Shown: positions 39,948-50,011 of the stretch, in pieces
How positions within the stretch are numbered: the stretch's first letter is position 1
Layout: each line of letters opens with the position of its first letter
Virus record (IMG/VR): IMGVR_UViG_3300007513_000010
Length of the DNA stretch: 64,000 nt
Source of the DNA: a virus
Direction: 5' to 3' (one strand)
Notes under the pieces: generated by a model
The model's input: the letters and a program-made list of their open reading frames with translations, nothing else
The model's database searches: none
What the model was told of the DNA's origin: nothing
Translations under genes and position numbers: made by a program

Positions 39948-41498
39948 ATGAATTGGTATGAATATTACAGCAAAGAAAAAGTAAAAAACTTTGATGCAGT
40001 CGACTTAGTCGAAATTTTTGATGAAGTTTTGGAGGAAAGCCTAAGCCCTTCCCAGCGCGCCCTGTTAACAGACGATTTTTTCAATAACACTCTGAAGGAA
40101 ATGTTTTCGGGCATAGACTATTCAAAAATAACACGAAAACCAATAAACGAGCAAAAGAGTTTGTCGACACTTTTGGAACAAGAAGAAGAATATTCATCTG
40201 AACAGATCCGCCTAGGCCTCCCCAAGCTGAGAATTTCAGAAGATTGGGGAAAACCAGAATCACAAGATAGACAAATTATACAAAGATTTACAGCTTCTAT
40301 TCCCGGTGACACACTAAAGCAAAAGCTAGAGAATGTTAACAATATTGCCACGGGACAAGTGCAGATGGCTTCGTTGGGTCAGATTTTGGGCACGTTAGTT
40401 ACCTTAGAGGTGTTGTATACGATTCTGGCTCAATACACGGAATCGGCAGGAGGGTTTATTTTCGAAGGCTTCCTCGCAGGTTTGTTTGGGAAAAACTCGG
40501 TCCAAATCACTGATGTCGGAGAGGATGATGAAGGTGCAACAGGCAAGCCAATAACCGACGTTCAGCTGGGTGATAGAGAGTATTCTTTAAAGCTCTTGGG
40601 CCCAGGAACTGCCGTGAAGGGATCTTGGAGAAATATGACGGAGCACTTTGCCAGTCATAGGGACCACGTTGTTTATCTGGATGCTCGCAGGTCCGGCAAA
40701 GCGGCGACGGACAGCTTAGAGTTTGGCGAGTTTGTAATTACACTTCCGACTTTCATGGAAATATTTTATGAGCCGTTCAAGGGCTTCGCAAAACAAGAAA
40801 CCCCGGTGAAAAGTAAAAAACAACTTATGAAGACCTTAGAGAAGCATGGTGAGCTGGCTTTTGCTGTACAATTTTCGGGCCCATTTGGCGGTAGAGGCAA
40901 GGGAGGGTTTACCCTTAAAGGTAAGAAGCGCGAAGGTGACATGGCAGTTTTAATGAGAGGGCTAGATAATCACCCAGGAGAAAAGATTGACGCAGTTGTC
41001 CACTGGTCGAGAGAAGATTTTACAGAAAGCACAAAGGCAACATACTTATTCGGTTCAGCCGCAAAATTCAACGCAGTGCAGCGCGCTATCAAGTCTGGAA
41101 GCAAGGAGAAAATCATTAATGCGCTTCGCCAGACCGATGGCTATATAAAAAAACGTCAATTCGAATTCACTCGGAATCAGGCAGAATCTATTTCCAACTT
41201 TGAGCACATTGAGACTCTTCTTTTAGGCGAAGACCAACTTAAGAAGACTTGGATGGTGTATGGAGATATTCTCAAAAAAACGGTCACACCGGTTTACTTA
41301 ACTTTGGCGCGCTTCAACGAAAATGTGTCTAAATACTTTATGGGGACCGAAGAGGGTCAAGCCAGAAAGGCTCTGGCTATAGCTGCACAGCATGATTTGG
41401 GCCAGCTCAAGGAAGCAACGGATGAAGCAATCGCCCAGGTAGAACAGGCAGAAAAAGACGAATATTCTCCAGAGACTATCGCCGGCGCCGCAGAATAA
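39948..41498 (+). CDS. Putative head-packaged protein with a PD-(D/E)xK-like motif
   Basis: GFIFEGFLAGLF...PITDV...EYSLKL. Several [IL]xE sites in the N-terminus, and a late-motif variant upstream. Confidence 0.5.
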   Translation: MNWYEYYSKEKVKNFDAVDLVEIFDEVLEESLSPSQRALLTDDFFNNTLKEMFSGIDYSKITRKPINEQKSLSTLLEQEEEYSSEQIRLGLPKLRISEDWGKPESQDRQIIQRFTASIPGDTLKQKLENVNNIATGQVQMASLGQILGTLVTLEVLYTILAQYTESAGGFIFEGFLAGLFGKNSVQITDVGEDDEGATGKPITDVQLGDREYSLKLLGPGTAVKGSWRNMTEHFASHRDHVVYLDARRSGKAATDSLEFGEFVITLPTFMEIFYEPFKGFAKQETPVKSKKQLMKTLEKHGELAFAVQFSGPFGGRGKGGFTLKGKKREGDMAVLMRGLDNHPGEKIDAVVHWSREDFTESTKATYLFGSAAKFNAVQRAIKSGSKEKIINALRQTDGYIKKRQFEFTRNQAESISNFEHIETLLLGEDQLKKTWMVYGDILKKTVTPVYLTLARFNENVSKYFMGTEEGQARKALAIAAQHDLGQLKEATDEAIAQVEQAEKDEYSPETIAGAAE

Positions 41499-41505
41499 AA
41501 ACTAC

Positions 41506-41533
41506 TTGACATTTTCCACAAATACATTATAAT
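41506..41533 (+). promoter_or_regulatory. Sigma70-like promoter upstream of groEL
   Basis: TTGACA-16nt-TATAAT. Confidence 0.7.
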
Positions 41534-41563
41534 ATATAATATACAAACTAAAGAGAGGTATCA

Positions 41564-43144
41564 ATGACCATTAATTTGGATCGAGGCTGGGGTCTTAGGG
41601 AAAAGATCTTAGCTGGTGTAAATACATTAGCAGACTGCGTGTCTACTACTTTGGGCCCCAAAGGCCAGAATGTTTTAATTCAAAGAAAGGGTTCTCCACC
41701 CTTCGTCACAAAGGACGGAGTAACGGTAGCAAAAAACATCCACCTTGAAGACCCCTTTGAGAACGCCGCGGCCGAAGTGGTGAAGGAGGTTTCAGCAAGA
41801 ACAAACGCAGAAGCGGGTGACGGCACAACAACTTCAACGGTGTTAGCGAGCGTAATACTGAACCAGTCCTCGAAATATATTCAGTCAGGTGTATCACCCA
41901 TTGAGATAAAGAGAGGCCTAGAAGGTTGTTTGTCTTTTTTTATGGAAGAGATTGAAAAACATGCAAAGCCGCTCTCTTCTTTGGAAGAGATCAGACATGT
42001 TGCAACAATTTCAGCCAACAATGACCCCGCCCTCGGTGATTTGGTAGCAACGGCTGTTGATAGAGTTGGCAAAGCCGGATCTATTACTATAGAGGAGTCC
42101 CGCAGCTTGGAGACTAGTTTGGAACTGGTTGAGGGCTTTAGAGTAGACAGCGGCTGGACAGCTGGAGCCTTTGTTACTGATGAGCGTAGAAAGGTTGTCA
42201 GATACGACGACCCGCTGTTTTTGATAACTGACTCAAAGATAGATACGGTAGAGGAAATCTTACCTGCTCTGGAAATTGCAGCTAGGGAGTCAAAACCCCT
42301 AGTCATTGTAGCTGATGATGTATCCGGCCAGGCTCTGGCCGCTTTAATAATGAATTCTGTTAGAGGATCTATGAAGGTTTGTGCTATCAAAGCTCCACGA
42401 TATGGCGAAGAGAGGCGCCAGATCATGGAAGACATGGCAATTACCACCGGCGCAAAGTTTTTTCGCAAAGACAAGGGCGATAACCTAAGAGAGTTGAATA
42501 TTAATGATTTTGGATCAGCGCGCTCTGTCGAAGCATCTAGAAATAAAACAACAATCGTAGACGGAGACGGAGATCTAGAATCATTGGACTCTAGGATTGA
42601 ACACCTTCGGGAAACGATTCACGAACTTGATTTGCAAGAAGCAGCGCCTTATCAGGAGAGGTTAACCCGGCTTTCTTCCGGGGTTGCTATCCTCCGCGTC
42701 GGCGCATCAACCGAGGTCGAACTAAAAGAAAAGAAGCACCGCCTTGAGGATGCCCTTGAAGCCGTCCGTGCAGCGCAGGAGAACGGCATTGCCCCCGGAG
42801 GTGGTATCACACTATTGAAAATTGCAAAAAGCCTATCAGAAGCTAATTTAGAGCTTGCCAACGAAGACCAAGAGGTCGCTATTAAAATCTTTAAAAAGGC
42901 ACTAGAGTCCCCATTCAGAATTATCGCGATTAATGCGGGTTCATCACCAGACATTCTTTTAGCAGCTGCAGAAAAATTAGAAGGAGAAAACCAAGGTTAC
43001 GACTTTTCGGGAAAGATTGAGGTTGTCGATATGATTGAAGCAGGAATTATTGATCCGGTTAAAGTTACAAAGTGCGCAGTTAAGAATTCAGTATCAGCTT
43101 CTGCAACTTTATTGTTAACTAATCATGGAATTATCGAGAATTGA
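41564..43144 (+). CDS. groL: Chaperonin GroEL
   Basis: TLGPKG, TKDGVTVA, AGDGTTTSTVLA, PGGG and GIIDPVKV. No GGM tail. Confidence 0.97.
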   Translation: MTINLDRGWGLREKILAGVNTLADCVSTTLGPKGQNVLIQRKGSPPFVTKDGVTVAKNIHLEDPFENAAAEVVKEVSARTNAEAGDGTTTSTVLASVILNQSSKYIQSGVSPIEIKRGLEGCLSFFMEEIEKHAKPLSSLEEIRHVATISANNDPALGDLVATAVDRVGKAGSITIEESRSLETSLELVEGFRVDSGWTAGAFVTDERRKVVRYDDPLFLITDSKIDTVEEILPALEIAARESKPLVIVADDVSGQALAALIMNSVRGSMKVCAIKAPRYGEERRQIMEDMAITTGAKFFRKDKGDNLRELNINDFGSARSVEASRNKTTIVDGDGDLESLDSRIEHLRETIHELDLQEAAPYQERLTRLSSGVAILRVGASTEVELKEKKHRLEDALEAVRAAQENGIAPGGGITLLKIAKSLSEANLELANEDQEVAIKIFKKALESPFRIIAINAGSSPDILLAAAEKLEGENQGYDFSGKIEVVDMIEAGIIDPVKVTKCAVKNSVSASATLLLTNHGIIEN

Positions 43145-43191
43145 CAAGCTTGACGACTATTTAAAGGGTATCAAAAAAGGAGGTCGATATT

Positions 43192-43458
43192 ATGGCTAGT
43201 TCTTCCGATTTAATGGTTGAGGTTCAAAAAAGTTTAGATAAGCTGTGCCATGGCGTTGAGAGCTTACAGGATAAACAGGAAGAGATGGCTGATGCCATCG
43301 GAAAAATAAAAGAGGCAGTTTATAACCCCGACGAAGGGCTTTATGCTAGGTTAAGAGAGCTGGAGTCCTGGAAATCGACTAGCTCTAAAATGATATGGAC
43401 ACTTTTTACGACGATGGTTGGGTTGATTTCCGCCTTTATATTGAAAAGCTTTCCCTGA
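43192..43458 (+). CDS. Small coiled-coil protein with a C-terminal TM helix (holin/XhlA-like)
   Basis: Coiled coil followed by MIWTLFTTMVGLISAFIL. Late motif upstream. Confidence 0.5.
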   Translation: MASSSDLMVEVQKSLDKLCHGVESLQDKQEEMADAIGKIKEAVYNPDEGLYARLRELESWKSTSSKMIWTLFTTMVGLISAFILKSFP

Positions 43459-43467
43459 AAAGAGGAT

Positions 43468-43728
43468 TTGGTGAATAGATATTTTATTTATGGTTACATG
43501 AGCTGTCCCTATTGTCTGACTGCGATGACAGAGCTTGACTCACGAAACCTTGATTATATTTTCATGGACCTATCTGAAGACCTTGAATTTTTAGATTATG
43601 TAAAAAGATTTTACAATCATCCGACCGTGCCTATAGTGCTAGTAAATAACAAGCAAACCGGGCATTGCAGGCTTATTGGTGGCTGCGATTCTTTAATGGA
43701 GTCCTTTGCCCACCCGGAGAGATCTTGA
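43468..43728 (+). CDS. Glutaredoxin
   Basis: CPYC, TVP and IGGCD. Confidence 0.93.
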   Translation: MVNRYFIYGYMSCPYCLTAMTELDSRNLDYIFMDLSEDLEFLDYVKRFYNHPTVPIVLVNNKQTGHCRLIGGCDSLMESFAHPERS

Positions 43729-44088
43729 ATGCCACCCGGTCCCCCACCAGAAAAGCTATATCTTGGAGCAGAGGAGGTTTTCTCTTTGCAAGAAGAGATA
43801 CATTCTCTAATGCTTCGCTGTGATTCTTTACTTGAAGGGCACTATGGTCACGAAAAAAGACTAGAAAGTAACGCTTTTTTGAAAGTGCTGGAGATATACA
43901 ACACTTCAAGCGCACTACAATCATATATAGATGATTTGGCAAGCTATCTAGACTTGCCAGAAAACAAATCCTTGGAAAAAGTAGAAATCCTACCGGCCGA
44001 ATTGCAAATTATGTCTACTTTGTTGGTGGCTCTAGAACAACTTAAGAGTCAGTTGCTGCAAAATAACATAACAACGGTGCTTCAGTGA
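43729..44088 (+). CDS. Hypothetical protein
   Basis: 119-aa ORF within the operon. Confidence 0.6.
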   Translation: MPPGPPPEKLYLGAEEVFSLQEEIHSLMLRCDSLLEGHYGHEKRLESNAFLKVLEIYNTSSALQSYIDDLASYLDLPENKSLEKVEILPAELQIMSTLLVALEQLKSQLLQNNITTVLQ

Positions 44089-44423
44089 ATTTGGTTTTAG
44101 GGATTTTCTTTTTTGCAGTGGGGCAAACATTTGCCTGGTTTCAACTTAACTGTCAAATAATGTCGGAGTGGTGGAAAGACAAGCCTTTGTTATCCGCGAT
44201 GACGTTTGGTGTCCCCGCGAGCATTAGCTTTTGGTATGCTTGGAAGTATGTTTTTCAAGAAACAGAAACAGTTTGGTCAGCTAGATTCATAGGGTCAAGT
44301 ACGGGCTATCTTGTGTTTCCGATTCTTACGTGGTATATGTTGAACGAGTCAATGTTCACTACAAAAACCATTGTGTGTTTGTTTTTAGCTATATTGATAA
44401 TTTTAATACAGGTCTTTTATTAG
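44085..44423 (+). CDS. Small 4-TM membrane protein (SMR/DMT-like)
   Basis: Four hydrophobic segments, including YLVFPILTWYMLNE. Confidence 0.6.
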   Translation: MNLVLGIFFFAVGQTFAWFQLNCQIMSEWWKDKPLLSAMTFGVPASISFWYAWKYVFQETETVWSARFIGSSTGYLVFPILTWYMLNESMFTTKTIVCLFLAILIILIQVFY

Positions 44424-44454
44424 TCTCGTTTTCGCTGTAATGTAACTATTTATT

Positions 44455-44862
44455 ATGAGGAGTGGTGCTATGAATTATCTTGAGAGGTGGAAAGACTTTA
44501 AGCTTTCGCCTATAAAAATAAATGAAGAAAAAGGCCGATCCCGCCAGCGCGGTATTTACAAGTTCTACTGTATGCTTGGGTATTCTGTTATCGCGGAAGC
44601 CGAAAGGGCCCGCGGCTTAGACGATATTTTAGCAGATTTGCGAGCGTTACCCAATGTGACCATCGTTACGGTGGTAATATCAAACCAAAAGGTCGCCCAA
44701 GGGCGCTATATTGCTGGTCTTAGTATTAAATTCATTCCTAGTGTACCTGGGGAATTCAATTCCCCTGAGAGTACAAAGTCTCGCGTATTGAGAGACATAC
44801 GTAGGTTGGAGGGGGTTAAGAGCATGTTTAAGGTTTCAACTGGTTTCGAGAGGATTGAATAG
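44455..44862 (+). CDS. Hypothetical late protein
   Basis: Directly follows ACTATTTA. WKDF..INE N-terminus and DLRALPNVTIV. Confidence 0.6.
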   Translation: MRSGAMNYLERWKDFKLSPIKINEEKGRSRQRGIYKFYCMLGYSVIAEAERARGLDDILADLRALPNVTIVTVVISNQKVAQGRYIAGLSIKFIPSVPGEFNSPESTKSRVLRDIRRLEGVKSMFKVSTGFERIE

Positions 44863-45448
44863 GGTGAGGACCTTGGGCGAAATTCATCGCGATGAAGTGC
44901 GCTCAATTTGTGAAGAGTTTTTGGGAGAAAGGATAATTTCATTAACGCCTCGCGAGATTATGTGTGTTGACAAGGGAAAATCAAACAAAACAGTTGTTAA
45001 GTTTTCTTTCACGGATTCGACTGAAAGGAAAATTTTAAAATTTTCAACCTGTGGGCACGGATTTGTAAATTGTATCTACTCTAGTTGTATGGACAAATAT
45101 ATTGAAAAGTACCCTTCCTTGCAGAATTTGGTTTTGGTTTCGGCAGAATCAACACCACTTTTGTCCACATGTAAGAGCAAGAAGATAATAACTAAAATTG
45201 GGGTAAACCTCAAAGATAAGAAGGAAATAGTTGAGTTCCGATACTCTTCAGGGTCGCTGTTATATTCTTGTCTTGCGGTTGTATTGAAAGCCTTTCAATT
45301 TTATATTAATTGTGAAAAAACATTTAGAAGATTGAAAAGTTTAGTTTCAGAGGCGCGCTCCCGCCAGAGGGCAGATTTGGTGAGTCTGTATTCCTATAAA
45401 ATGTCTAGCCTAACTAGGGTTAACAATTATGCGCTCCTCGAATATTAG
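44855..45448 (+). CDS. Hypothetical protein
   Basis: 197-aa ORF. GHGFVNCI weakly recalls the LeuA regulatory-domain motif GNGPV. Confidence 0.55.
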   Translation: MNRVRTLGEIHRDEVRSICEEFLGERIISLTPREIMCVDKGKSNKTVVKFSFTDSTERKILKFSTCGHGFVNCIYSSCMDKYIEKYPSLQNLVLVSAESTPLLSTCKSKKIITKIGVNLKDKKEIVEFRYSSGSLLYSCLAVVLKAFQFYINCEKTFRRLKSLVSEARSRQRADLVSLYSYKMSSLTRVNNYALLEY

Positions 45449-45581
45449 GGTTCACTTGTTGGCGGCTATAATTACCGCCGTTTTGTTTTATTGTAAGTAT
45501 GGTTTAAGATGAATAGGTTTTATAATATTGTGTTGTTGTGTTGGGTGATTTCTTTGATTGCTTTAGGGTGGGTCACGCAAT

Positions 45582-45875
45582 GTGCGCAGCAAGAAATTGA
45601 CATTCAGAAGTTACAAGAAAGAAGACTTAATCGTAGGTGATTTAGTTTATCACCTTCTTTATGGTCGGGATTGGGTAGGTCTATTGTGTGACATCAATAC
45701 TGGCCCTTCAGTTATGTCGTCAAAACGCCCAATGGCTATAGTAGCAACACTTCCAGGTACAAGATATGAATTTTTTTTTAGAAAATCCTTGACGGCCTAT
45801 AGGATATCTGATAATATAGGTTATGTATCAATAAATTGGCTTTATAAATTTGACAACAAAAGGAAAAAACGATGA
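45582..45875 (+). CDS. KOW/SH3-like small protein
   Basis: LIVGDLV motif. Confidence 0.55.
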   Translation: MRSKKLTFRSYKKEDLIVGDLVYHLLYGRDWVGLLCDINTGPSVMSSKRPMAIVATLPGTRYEFFFRKSLTAYRISDNIGYVSINWLYKFDNKRKKR

Positions 45876-45964
45876 GCAGAAAAGCGCCCCATAGAAAGTT
45901 CGGCCGAAAAAGAAAAGTGGGATCTAAAAAAAGAAAGGCTAGAAAGAACAACGGGAAGAAATGA
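45872..45964 (+). CDS. 30-aa highly basic peptide
   Basis: MSRKAPHRKFGRKRKVGSKKRKARKNNGKK. ATGA overlaps at both ends and an AAGGA SD. Confidence 0.7.
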   Translation: MSRKAPHRKFGRKRKVGSKKRKARKNNGKK

Positions 45965-46434
45965 AATCAGATTTTCTGATTTATAACCTTCGAAAAGGAG
46001 ATGCTATTGTAATCTCCCGCCCGGGCACCGAGAGAATAACTGCTAAGACGGGCATTGGAGTCTTGGTGAAACAAACAAAAGCCTACTGGTATTATTTCTA
46101 TAAAGGCCACGTGGCGAGAATAAGTAAGACTAGTTTGTGGCAAAACTTAGATACGCACAAGGCGGTGTCTGTGATTTATGGAAGCTCTATGAAGAAGAGA
46201 AGAAAGCAAAGAAAGTGGAGGTCTCTTGATCTGCACGGGACAAAGCACGAAATGGTCGAGGAAAAGGTTAAAAGTTTTCTGAATTTTGCAGATTTACCAT
46301 GCAGGATTGTGACAGGCAATTCACTAAAAATGAAGCAAATGGTAAAAGAGATAGCAAAAGAGTATGGCTGGCACACGCGACCAGCGCTGGACAATGATGG
46401 CTGCTTGGTTGTAGAAGAAAATGAAATTAGTTAG
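45961..46434 (+). CDS. Smr-domain protein
   Basis: C-terminal LDLHG...RIVTGNS...DGCLVV. Confidence 0.75.
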   Translation: MKSDFLIYNLRKGDAIVISRPGTERITAKTGIGVLVKQTKAYWYYFYKGHVARISKTSLWQNLDTHKAVSVIYGSSMKKRRKQRKWRSLDLHGTKHEMVEEKVKSFLNFADLPCRIVTGNSLKMKQMVKEIAKEYGWHTRPALDNDGCLVVEENEIS

Positions 46435-46750
46435 AGATAAGATTCCCTTAATTATAAAAAAGCAAAACAGAGTATGCAGCTTTCATTTGGCGAATAAATT
46501 AAAGAAAGAGAATTGGGGCTGTTCTGAGTATGGCCATCGCCTTATTGATAAACTTCACGAAGAGTTGGACGAGTTTGCGGAAAGCTTCTCTTTGGAAGAG
46601 GCGGCGGATATATATGAAGTTTATTTAGCAATTTTAAAGAACTGGGAATATAGTCTGTCTGAGGTTAGGGCTGCAGCAAGAGCAAAATCCGGTGAAAAAG
46701 GTAAATTTAAAAAAGGAATAGTTTTAGAAAACTATCAAGAAAGGAATTAG
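46421..46750 (+). CDS. MazG-like nucleotide pyrophosphohydrolase
   Basis: [25 protein letters not shown] and EKGKFKKGI. Confidence 0.85.
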   Translation: MKLVRDKIPLIIKKQNRVCSFHLANKLKKENWGCSEYGHRLIDKLHEELDEFAESFSLEEAADIYEVYLAILKNWEYSLSEVRAAARAKSGEKGKFKKGIVLENYQERN

Positions 46751-46751
46751 A

Positions 46752-48611
46752 ATGAGTAAAGTAATTGGAATTGATTTGGGGACGAGCAATTCGTGTGTAG
46801 CGGTAATGGAATCTGGCTCTCCAAAGGTCATCACAAATGAGGAAGGGTCCAGAACTACCCCTTCCGTTGTAGCTTACGCTAGAGGGGACATCTTGGTTGG
46901 CAACCCAGCGAAACGCCAAGCAGTCACGAATCCTAAGAATACTATATATTCTGCAAAGCGCTTTATTGGCATGCGCTTTGAGGAGATCGAGGCCGAGGCG
47001 ACAAACATGCCCTTTGAAATAAAGAAAAATTCGAAAGGTATGTGCGAGATAGTCGCAGGAGAAAAATCGTTAGCACCACAGGTGGTGTCGGCACAGGTTT
47101 TGGTAAAGATGAAAAATGCAGCTGAAGCCTATTTGGGAGAAGAAGTCAGTCGGGCGGTAATCACAGTTCCTGCGTACTTTAATGACGCTCAGCGCCAGGC
47201 AACCCGGGACGCGGGAAAGATTGCTGGACTTCACGTAGAAAGAATTATCAACGAGCCAACTGCCGCGGCCCTCGCCTATGGCCTCAACAAGGGTCAAGAC
47301 AAAAAGATCTTGGTTTATGATTTGGGCGGCGGCACTTTTGATGTTTCGATTTTGGAAATAGGTGATGGCGTCATCGAAGTGATAAGCACAAACGGAGATA
47401 CTCATCTTGGCGGCGACGACATAGATAACTTGCTTATTGATTGGATGGTCGATAGCTTTGAGAAGGAGAATGGCATAAATCTTAAAAGTGAGGCTATGGT
47501 CATGCAACGCCTTCGAGAGGCGGCAGAAAAAGCAAAGATAGAGCTTTCGTCTGCACAGCAAACTAACATCAATTTACCGTTTATAACTGCAGATCAGACC
47601 GGCCCGAAACATTTACAGATAGACCTTACCAGGGCCTCTTTTGAGCAAATGATAGATTCTTTGGCGGATAAAACGATGATTCCAGTGTCAAACGCTCTGA
47701 AAGATTCATCGCTGGCAATTTCAGACATTGACGAAATTGTTCTTGTTGGCGGCTCAACCCGGATCCCATTAGTCCGCCAAAAGGTTGAGGAACATTTTGG
47801 TAAAAAGGTCTCATCGACCGTTAACCCGGACGAAGTGGTCGCTCTGGGTGCTGCCGCCCAGGCTGGTGTGTTTACTGGTGAGGTAAATGACATATTGCTG
47901 CTAGACGTGACTCCCCTTTCTCTAGGTTTAGAAACAATGGGAGGCGTCATGACGCGCCTTATTGAGAGGAACACCACTGTGCCTTGTTCAAAAACCCAAG
48001 TGTTCACAACTGCGGAAAACAACCAGCCTGCAGTGGACATCAAAGTTTTGCAGGGAGAGAGACAGTTGTCTAGAGACAATAAGCTTTTGGGCACCTTCAG
48101 GCTCGATGGGCTACCCCCAGCCCCGCGCGGCGTGCCACAAATCGAGGTGACGTTTGATATCAATGCTGATGGTCTTGTCTCAGTGAGCGCTAAAGACATT
48201 GCGACAAACAAGAGTCACAACATTACAATTACTGGGTCTGGAGCTATGTCTCCCGCTGAGATTGACCGCCTCGTCGATGAGGCAAAAGCAAACGAAGAAA
48301 AGGACAAAGAAAAAAGGAAGAGTATAGAGACAAGAAACCAACTAGAGACTTTAGTTTTCAGATCTGAAAATCTCATTAACAGCGGAACGATACCCCAGCA
48401 GGAGTTAGCAGAATTGGAGACTGCCATTTCGGAGACCAAGAGAGTGCTTGAATCTGGTACCGATCAAGAGGTCGAGGATCAGTTCGCTTCTTTTTCTACC
48501 GTATTGGATAGGGTCGGCCAGGCTATGTATGCCCACCAGCCACCGCCTGCCCCTTCGGAAGATTCGTCAGATGACGATGTAGTTGATGCTGAGTTTGAAG
48601 AGACGGTTTAA
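46752..48611 (+). CDS. dnaK: Chaperone DnaK (Hsp70)
   Basis: [42 protein letters not shown] and C-terminal VVDAEFEE. Confidence 0.98.
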   Translation: MSKVIGIDLGTSNSCVAVMESGSPKVITNEEGSRTTPSVVAYARGDILVGNPAKRQAVTNPKNTIYSAKRFIGMRFEEIEAEATNMPFEIKKNSKGMCEIVAGEKSLAPQVVSAQVLVKMKNAAEAYLGEEVSRAVITVPAYFNDAQRQATRDAGKIAGLHVERIINEPTAAALAYGLNKGQDKKILVYDLGGGTFDVSILEIGDGVIEVISTNGDTHLGGDDIDNLLIDWMVDSFEKENGINLKSEAMVMQRLREAAEKAKIELSSAQQTNINLPFITADQTGPKHLQIDLTRASFEQMIDSLADKTMIPVSNALKDSSLAISDIDEIVLVGGSTRIPLVRQKVEEHFGKKVSSTVNPDEVVALGAAAQAGVFTGEVNDILLLDVTPLSLGLETMGGVMTRLIERNTTVPCSKTQVFTTAENNQPAVDIKVLQGERQLSRDNKLLGTFRLDGLPPAPRGVPQIEVTFDINADGLVSVSAKDIATNKSHNITITGSGAMSPAEIDRLVDEAKANEEKDKEKRKSIETRNQLETLVFRSENLINSGTIPQQELAELETAISETKRVLESGTDQEVEDQFASFSTVLDRVGQAMYAHQPPPAPSEDSSDDDVVDAEFEETV

Positions 48612-48633
48612 AATATAAAGGAGGAAACCATGT

Positions 48634-49467
48634 ATGAGTTCACTTATTTTCGAAAAAGGTTGGAAAGGGCAAGAAATTAGAAGATTGCAATCTTCACTCG
48701 GGGGGTTGAAAGTAGACGGAGATTTTGGATCACTAACAGAACAAGCACTAAAAGACTATCAGGCTTCGGAGGGCTTAAACCCGGATGGCCGATGCGGCCC
48801 CAAAACACGCAAACATTTAGGCGTTGAAGTTTATGCGGGAATTGATGTAAGCAAGTGGAACAAGATAAAAGATTGGAACAAGATGAAGCTTTCAGGTTTG
48901 GCAGAGTTTTGCTGGATTAAGTTGACAGAGGGTAACGATTATTTATGCCCGATGTTTAAAAACCACGCCGCGGCCGCAAAACAAGCACAAATTCCCCATG
49001 GGGCTTACCATTTTGCTCGTCCAGATCTGCACCTAGACCCTCACAGGGAGGTTAAAAATTTTGTTGCAAACTGTCCTATTGAGAGTGGGAGCCTTAGGCC
49101 GGTGTTGGATTTTGAAAAAGCAGGAGATCATTCTCCAGATTCAATTCGTAATTGGGTTTTAACCTTTTTGCAAGAGTTTGAGCAGCAGTCTGGAGTACGC
49201 CCAATAGTCTATACTGGTGGCAATATGACGAAATATTATTTAATGCGGGACACTACAGGCATTGATGATTATACACTTTGGCATGCCTACTACCCAAGGG
49301 GAAGGGACTTGAGCAAGGGCATAAAAAAGGACCGCCTAGGTGGTTGGAAAGAGTGGAGAGTTTGGCAATGGACGGGCTCTGGTCAATTTCCTGGTTGTGG
49401 GTCCAAGATTGACAGGAACTGGCTTGTCGGCGGCCAATCAGCATTTGACGAAATATTGGTAAAATAG
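48634..49467 (+). CDS. Endolysin: peptidoglycan-binding domain plus GH25 muramidase
   Basis: VDGDFGSLT..YQ...DG, GIDVSKWN, KLTEG, GAYHFA, LDFE and WQWT. Confidence 0.93.
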   Translation: MSSLIFEKGWKGQEIRRLQSSLGGLKVDGDFGSLTEQALKDYQASEGLNPDGRCGPKTRKHLGVEVYAGIDVSKWNKIKDWNKMKLSGLAEFCWIKLTEGNDYLCPMFKNHAAAAKQAQIPHGAYHFARPDLHLDPHREVKNFVANCPIESGSLRPVLDFEKAGDHSPDSIRNWVLTFLQEFEQQSGVRPIVYTGGNMTKYYLMRDTTGIDDYTLWHAYYPRGRDLSKGIKKDRLGGWKEWRVWQWTGSGQFPGCGSKIDRNWLVGGQSAFDEILVK

Positions 49468-49505
49468 TGCTTGTATTTCTACCGCTAACGTGCTATTATT
49501 AAATA

Positions 49506-49685
49506 ATGGATGTAAATAGAAAATCTATTCTTTCTCTTGTTATTCGCATCCTAGAGGAAGCATCTACGCGTAAGGTGGACTTGTCTCTAGATAAGGACAG
49601 AAAAGAATTGGCTGATGTTATTTTGAAGAAAATTTCATCTAATGTATATATGATAAGTTATTCAACACAGGATACGTTTGAGTGA
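49506..49685 (+). CDS. Hypothetical 59-aa protein
   Basis: MDVNRKSILSLVIRILEEA..., coupled by GTGA overlap to the next gene. Confidence 0.55.
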   Translation: MDVNRKSILSLVIRILEEASTRKVDLSLDKDRKELADVILKKISSNVYMISYSTQDTFE

Positions 49686-50011
49686 AAAAATTATTAGTTT
49701 TGTTGTTGGCGATCTCCGCCTACTCTTGTGCAGAGGAAAATCTTGCATTTGACCCATCTCCTCCTACGGAGGAGATGTGGGTTTGCCATAATCCAGAATC
49801 AGATTTACATGGCACCCCATGTGAGGAGAGAGTGGATACTGTGAGAGGAAACTATGAGACGTGCTATTGGGACCTTAATGGGTCTAATTATGGCCGCGGC
49901 CACCGCAACCCGGAGTCTTATTGTTGGCTCTTAGAAAAGGAAGATTGTACAGACACCCTTGAGTACCAGTGGCAAGAAGATAATTGTCATCTTTTTGGGG
50001 ACTTCAAGTGA
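49682..50011 (+). CDS. Cys-rich lipoprotein
   Basis: KKLLVLLLAISAYSC lipobox plus six further Cys. Confidence 0.7.
   Translation: MKKLLVLLLAISAYSCAEENLAFDPSPPTEEMWVCHNPESDLHGTPCEERVDTVRGNYETCYWDLNGSNYGRGHRNPESYCWLLEKEDCTDTLEYQWQEDNCHLFGDFK

Noticed and set aside
45461-45490. GGCGG/CCGCC hairpin as a terminator
   Set aside because: Short stem, interrupted U tract, and it lies within a plausible micro-ORF.
41564-48611. Interpretation as bacterial chromosome or prophage flank because of groEL, dnaK, clpP and guaB
   Set aside because: These genes are interleaved with phage-type ORFs on one strand, share the same promoter motifs, and lack their bacterial operon partners.
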